From: Octopus vulgaris
Taxonomy: Eukaryota
Reading direction: 5' to 3'
Length of the DNA: 64,000 bases
NCBI GenBank assembly: GCA_951406725.2
Contig: OX597814.1
Location: 200,136,001-200,200,000, forward strand
The notes beneath the pieces are model-generated. The model was given only the letters and a program-made list of their open reading frames with translations, had not been told where the DNA came from and made no database searches. This document shows, piece by piece, positions 62,430 through 64,000 of the stretch. The stretch's first letter is position 1. Each line of letters opens with the position of its first letter. The position numbers were made by a program, and so were the translations under genes.

Positions 62430-63518
62430 CCCTTTCGTTACTATATTTCTGACCAAAATACACCCCTCATGTGTTTCAATTAATTTCTAACGTAATCATA
62501 AATTTAGTCTGGTTTCATTAAACAACCATAACTTTTTTATTTATCAATATATTAACGTGAATTTTGGAAGATAATTTAATGAAATGTTCTCAACCAATTC
62601 TATACTATAATTTTTGTCACAAAGTGACTCTAATTGCAGGTAGATACAGGTAAATTCAACAAAATATAAAATTATTAAAATTTTGTTCAAACATTGCTAT
62701 AGAAAATGGGTTATTAGCTAATATTCAGTTGGGTATACAACAAAATTTTACGATAGAATTTGTTATTCTGGATAACTTTCTGATACCCATAATAATATTT
62801 ATGGCAAAATAGTCTTAATTTCATTTAAGGTTGTGGGAAACCACTAACTATCCTTTCTTTTGCTTTGTTTACATTAAGCATAACGGTTCGTTTCCGCCGT
62901 AATGATTTCAAATAGGCTCATTCGAAAAAGTAAAAAGAAATAGTCTAAGGCTTTACTCTCCTGGGAAAGTCTGTGGCTTGGTCCAGTTTCTTCAGAAAAA
63001 TCACCGAAAGAAACAGTTTTTAAATTTTCACTCCATTCAGGTGCCAATTCATTTTCTTTATCGCTGTCGGAGCTCTCGGATTCACTGTTTTCACTTTCGG
63101 AAAATGAAACATCAGATCCATTATCAAATACCACGTGCTTTTTTTTTTTCAGTCATAGAGTTAGATTTATCAAGGTCTTCAGTAGAAAATCCTTTGAATT
63201 CTGACTCGCTGCTTGATATAATGAAATTCGTATCCATTTTTTGTCAGAATTACAAATTTTGAAAACACAATAGGAACAAATTTCTGAAAAAAAATCTCCC
63301 AAAATTCACGTAATTAAAATTACACTTTGATTCTTGTACAAAACTGTAGTTGAACTGTTTACGAAATATAATACGTGTTTTCACGAATGTACTAAAGAAA
63401 TTTGCTCTGATATTCTCATTTAAATATGAATAGGTAAATATGGGCGGGTTTGGACGGTTTGGTCCACATTAACCAAAATTTTTTTCGGGCGGCTTTGGGC
63501 GGTTTGGTAACGAAAGGG
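62430..63518 (-). mobile_element. Internally deleted piggyBac transposon
   Basis: TTAA TSD at 62426 and 63519, 12-bp TIR ccctttcgttac / gtaacgaaaggg, subterminal ggcggtttgg repeats; interrupts cagttctatatttaa|gagatgagg of a family C tail. Confidence 0.9.
62874..63236 (-). pseudogene. piggyBac transposase N-terminal remnant
   Basis: Acidic N-terminus then W..F.EETGP..ALDYFFLLF...IITAETNRYA (PGBD4-type motif); frameshift at a poly-A run; catalytic core deleted. Confidence 0.75.
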
Positions 63519-63522
63519 TTAA

Positions 63523-64000
63523 GAGATGAGGAACTATTTACATTATTTACATTTGATGACTATTTGTCTTCATCTAGTTTGTTGTTAACATGTATTGGCT
63601 GATATACCCTCCAGCCTTCACCAGGTGTATTGGGGAAATTTCAGACCTGGGTTCTCATTCCTAAGGTATTTTTCTATATCATTATTATTATTATTATTAC
63701 TATTATTATTATTCAGATCACTGCCTGGAATCAAACTCAGAATCTTGGGGCTAGTAGCCTGTGCTCTTAACAACTACACCAAAAGTCTTTCTAAACCTCT
63801 TGTATCCTGTTTTCACTCAGGTTACCATACATTCACCTCCACGGGCATATGGCATAGTGGTTAAGAGCACGGGCTACTAACCCCAAGATTCTGAGTTCGA
63901 TTCCAGGCAGTGACCTGAATAATAAAAATAATAACAACAACAACATCGAAAAATACTTTAGGAATGAGAACCCAGGTTTGAAATTTCCCCAAGACACCTG
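63523..64000. mobile_element. Head-to-head pair of family C SINEs (minus 63523-63783, plus 63843 to window end)
   Basis: Full inverted copy (its last 15 nt lie at 62415-62429), ~55-bp spacer, then a forward copy that runs off the window at the HHR (..gacacctg). Confidence 0.85.

Overview
AT-rich, repeat-dense eukaryotic DNA. The repeat repertoire (tRNA-headed SINEs, RTE LINEs with (GAT)n tails, very frequent (TA)n/(CA)n arrays) looks like an octopus/coleoid cephalopod genome; this is inferred from recalled repeat families. Most of the ORF track is microsatellite or SINE noise. The only convincing host-gene signal is a 175-nt + strand exon (60963-61137) resembling the N-terminal region of invertebrate Ca2+/calmodulin-dependent phosphodiesterase PDE1, plus a phase-compatible candidate first coding exon (32922-32952), so much of the window is probably intron or upstream sequence. 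Mobile DNA includes a young 5'-truncated RTE LINE (C4HC3 PHD-like finger inside its RT, six-fold expanded 3' UTR), a Penelope-like (PLE) RT remnant, R4/Dong, Tc1/maT and hAT remnants, Helitrons, a piggyBac deletion derivative and a 463-bp dimeric piggyBac MITE present at two loci. The strongest candidate for an undescribed system is a set of hammerhead-ribozyme (HHR)-bearing non-autonomous retroelements with Penelope-type hallmarks: (i) a tRNA-headed SINE whose tail carries a minimal PLE-type HHR and which repeatedly occurs with an inverted copy of its own 3' end in front, and (ii) several (TA)n-embedded elements sharing an HHR / TTTGGCTGnnnTTTCTAR / CCC-AT-rich-end architecture, one with a fully canonical type I hammerhead (9482-9575, minus strand). 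All folds and alignments were done by eye; no searches were run.
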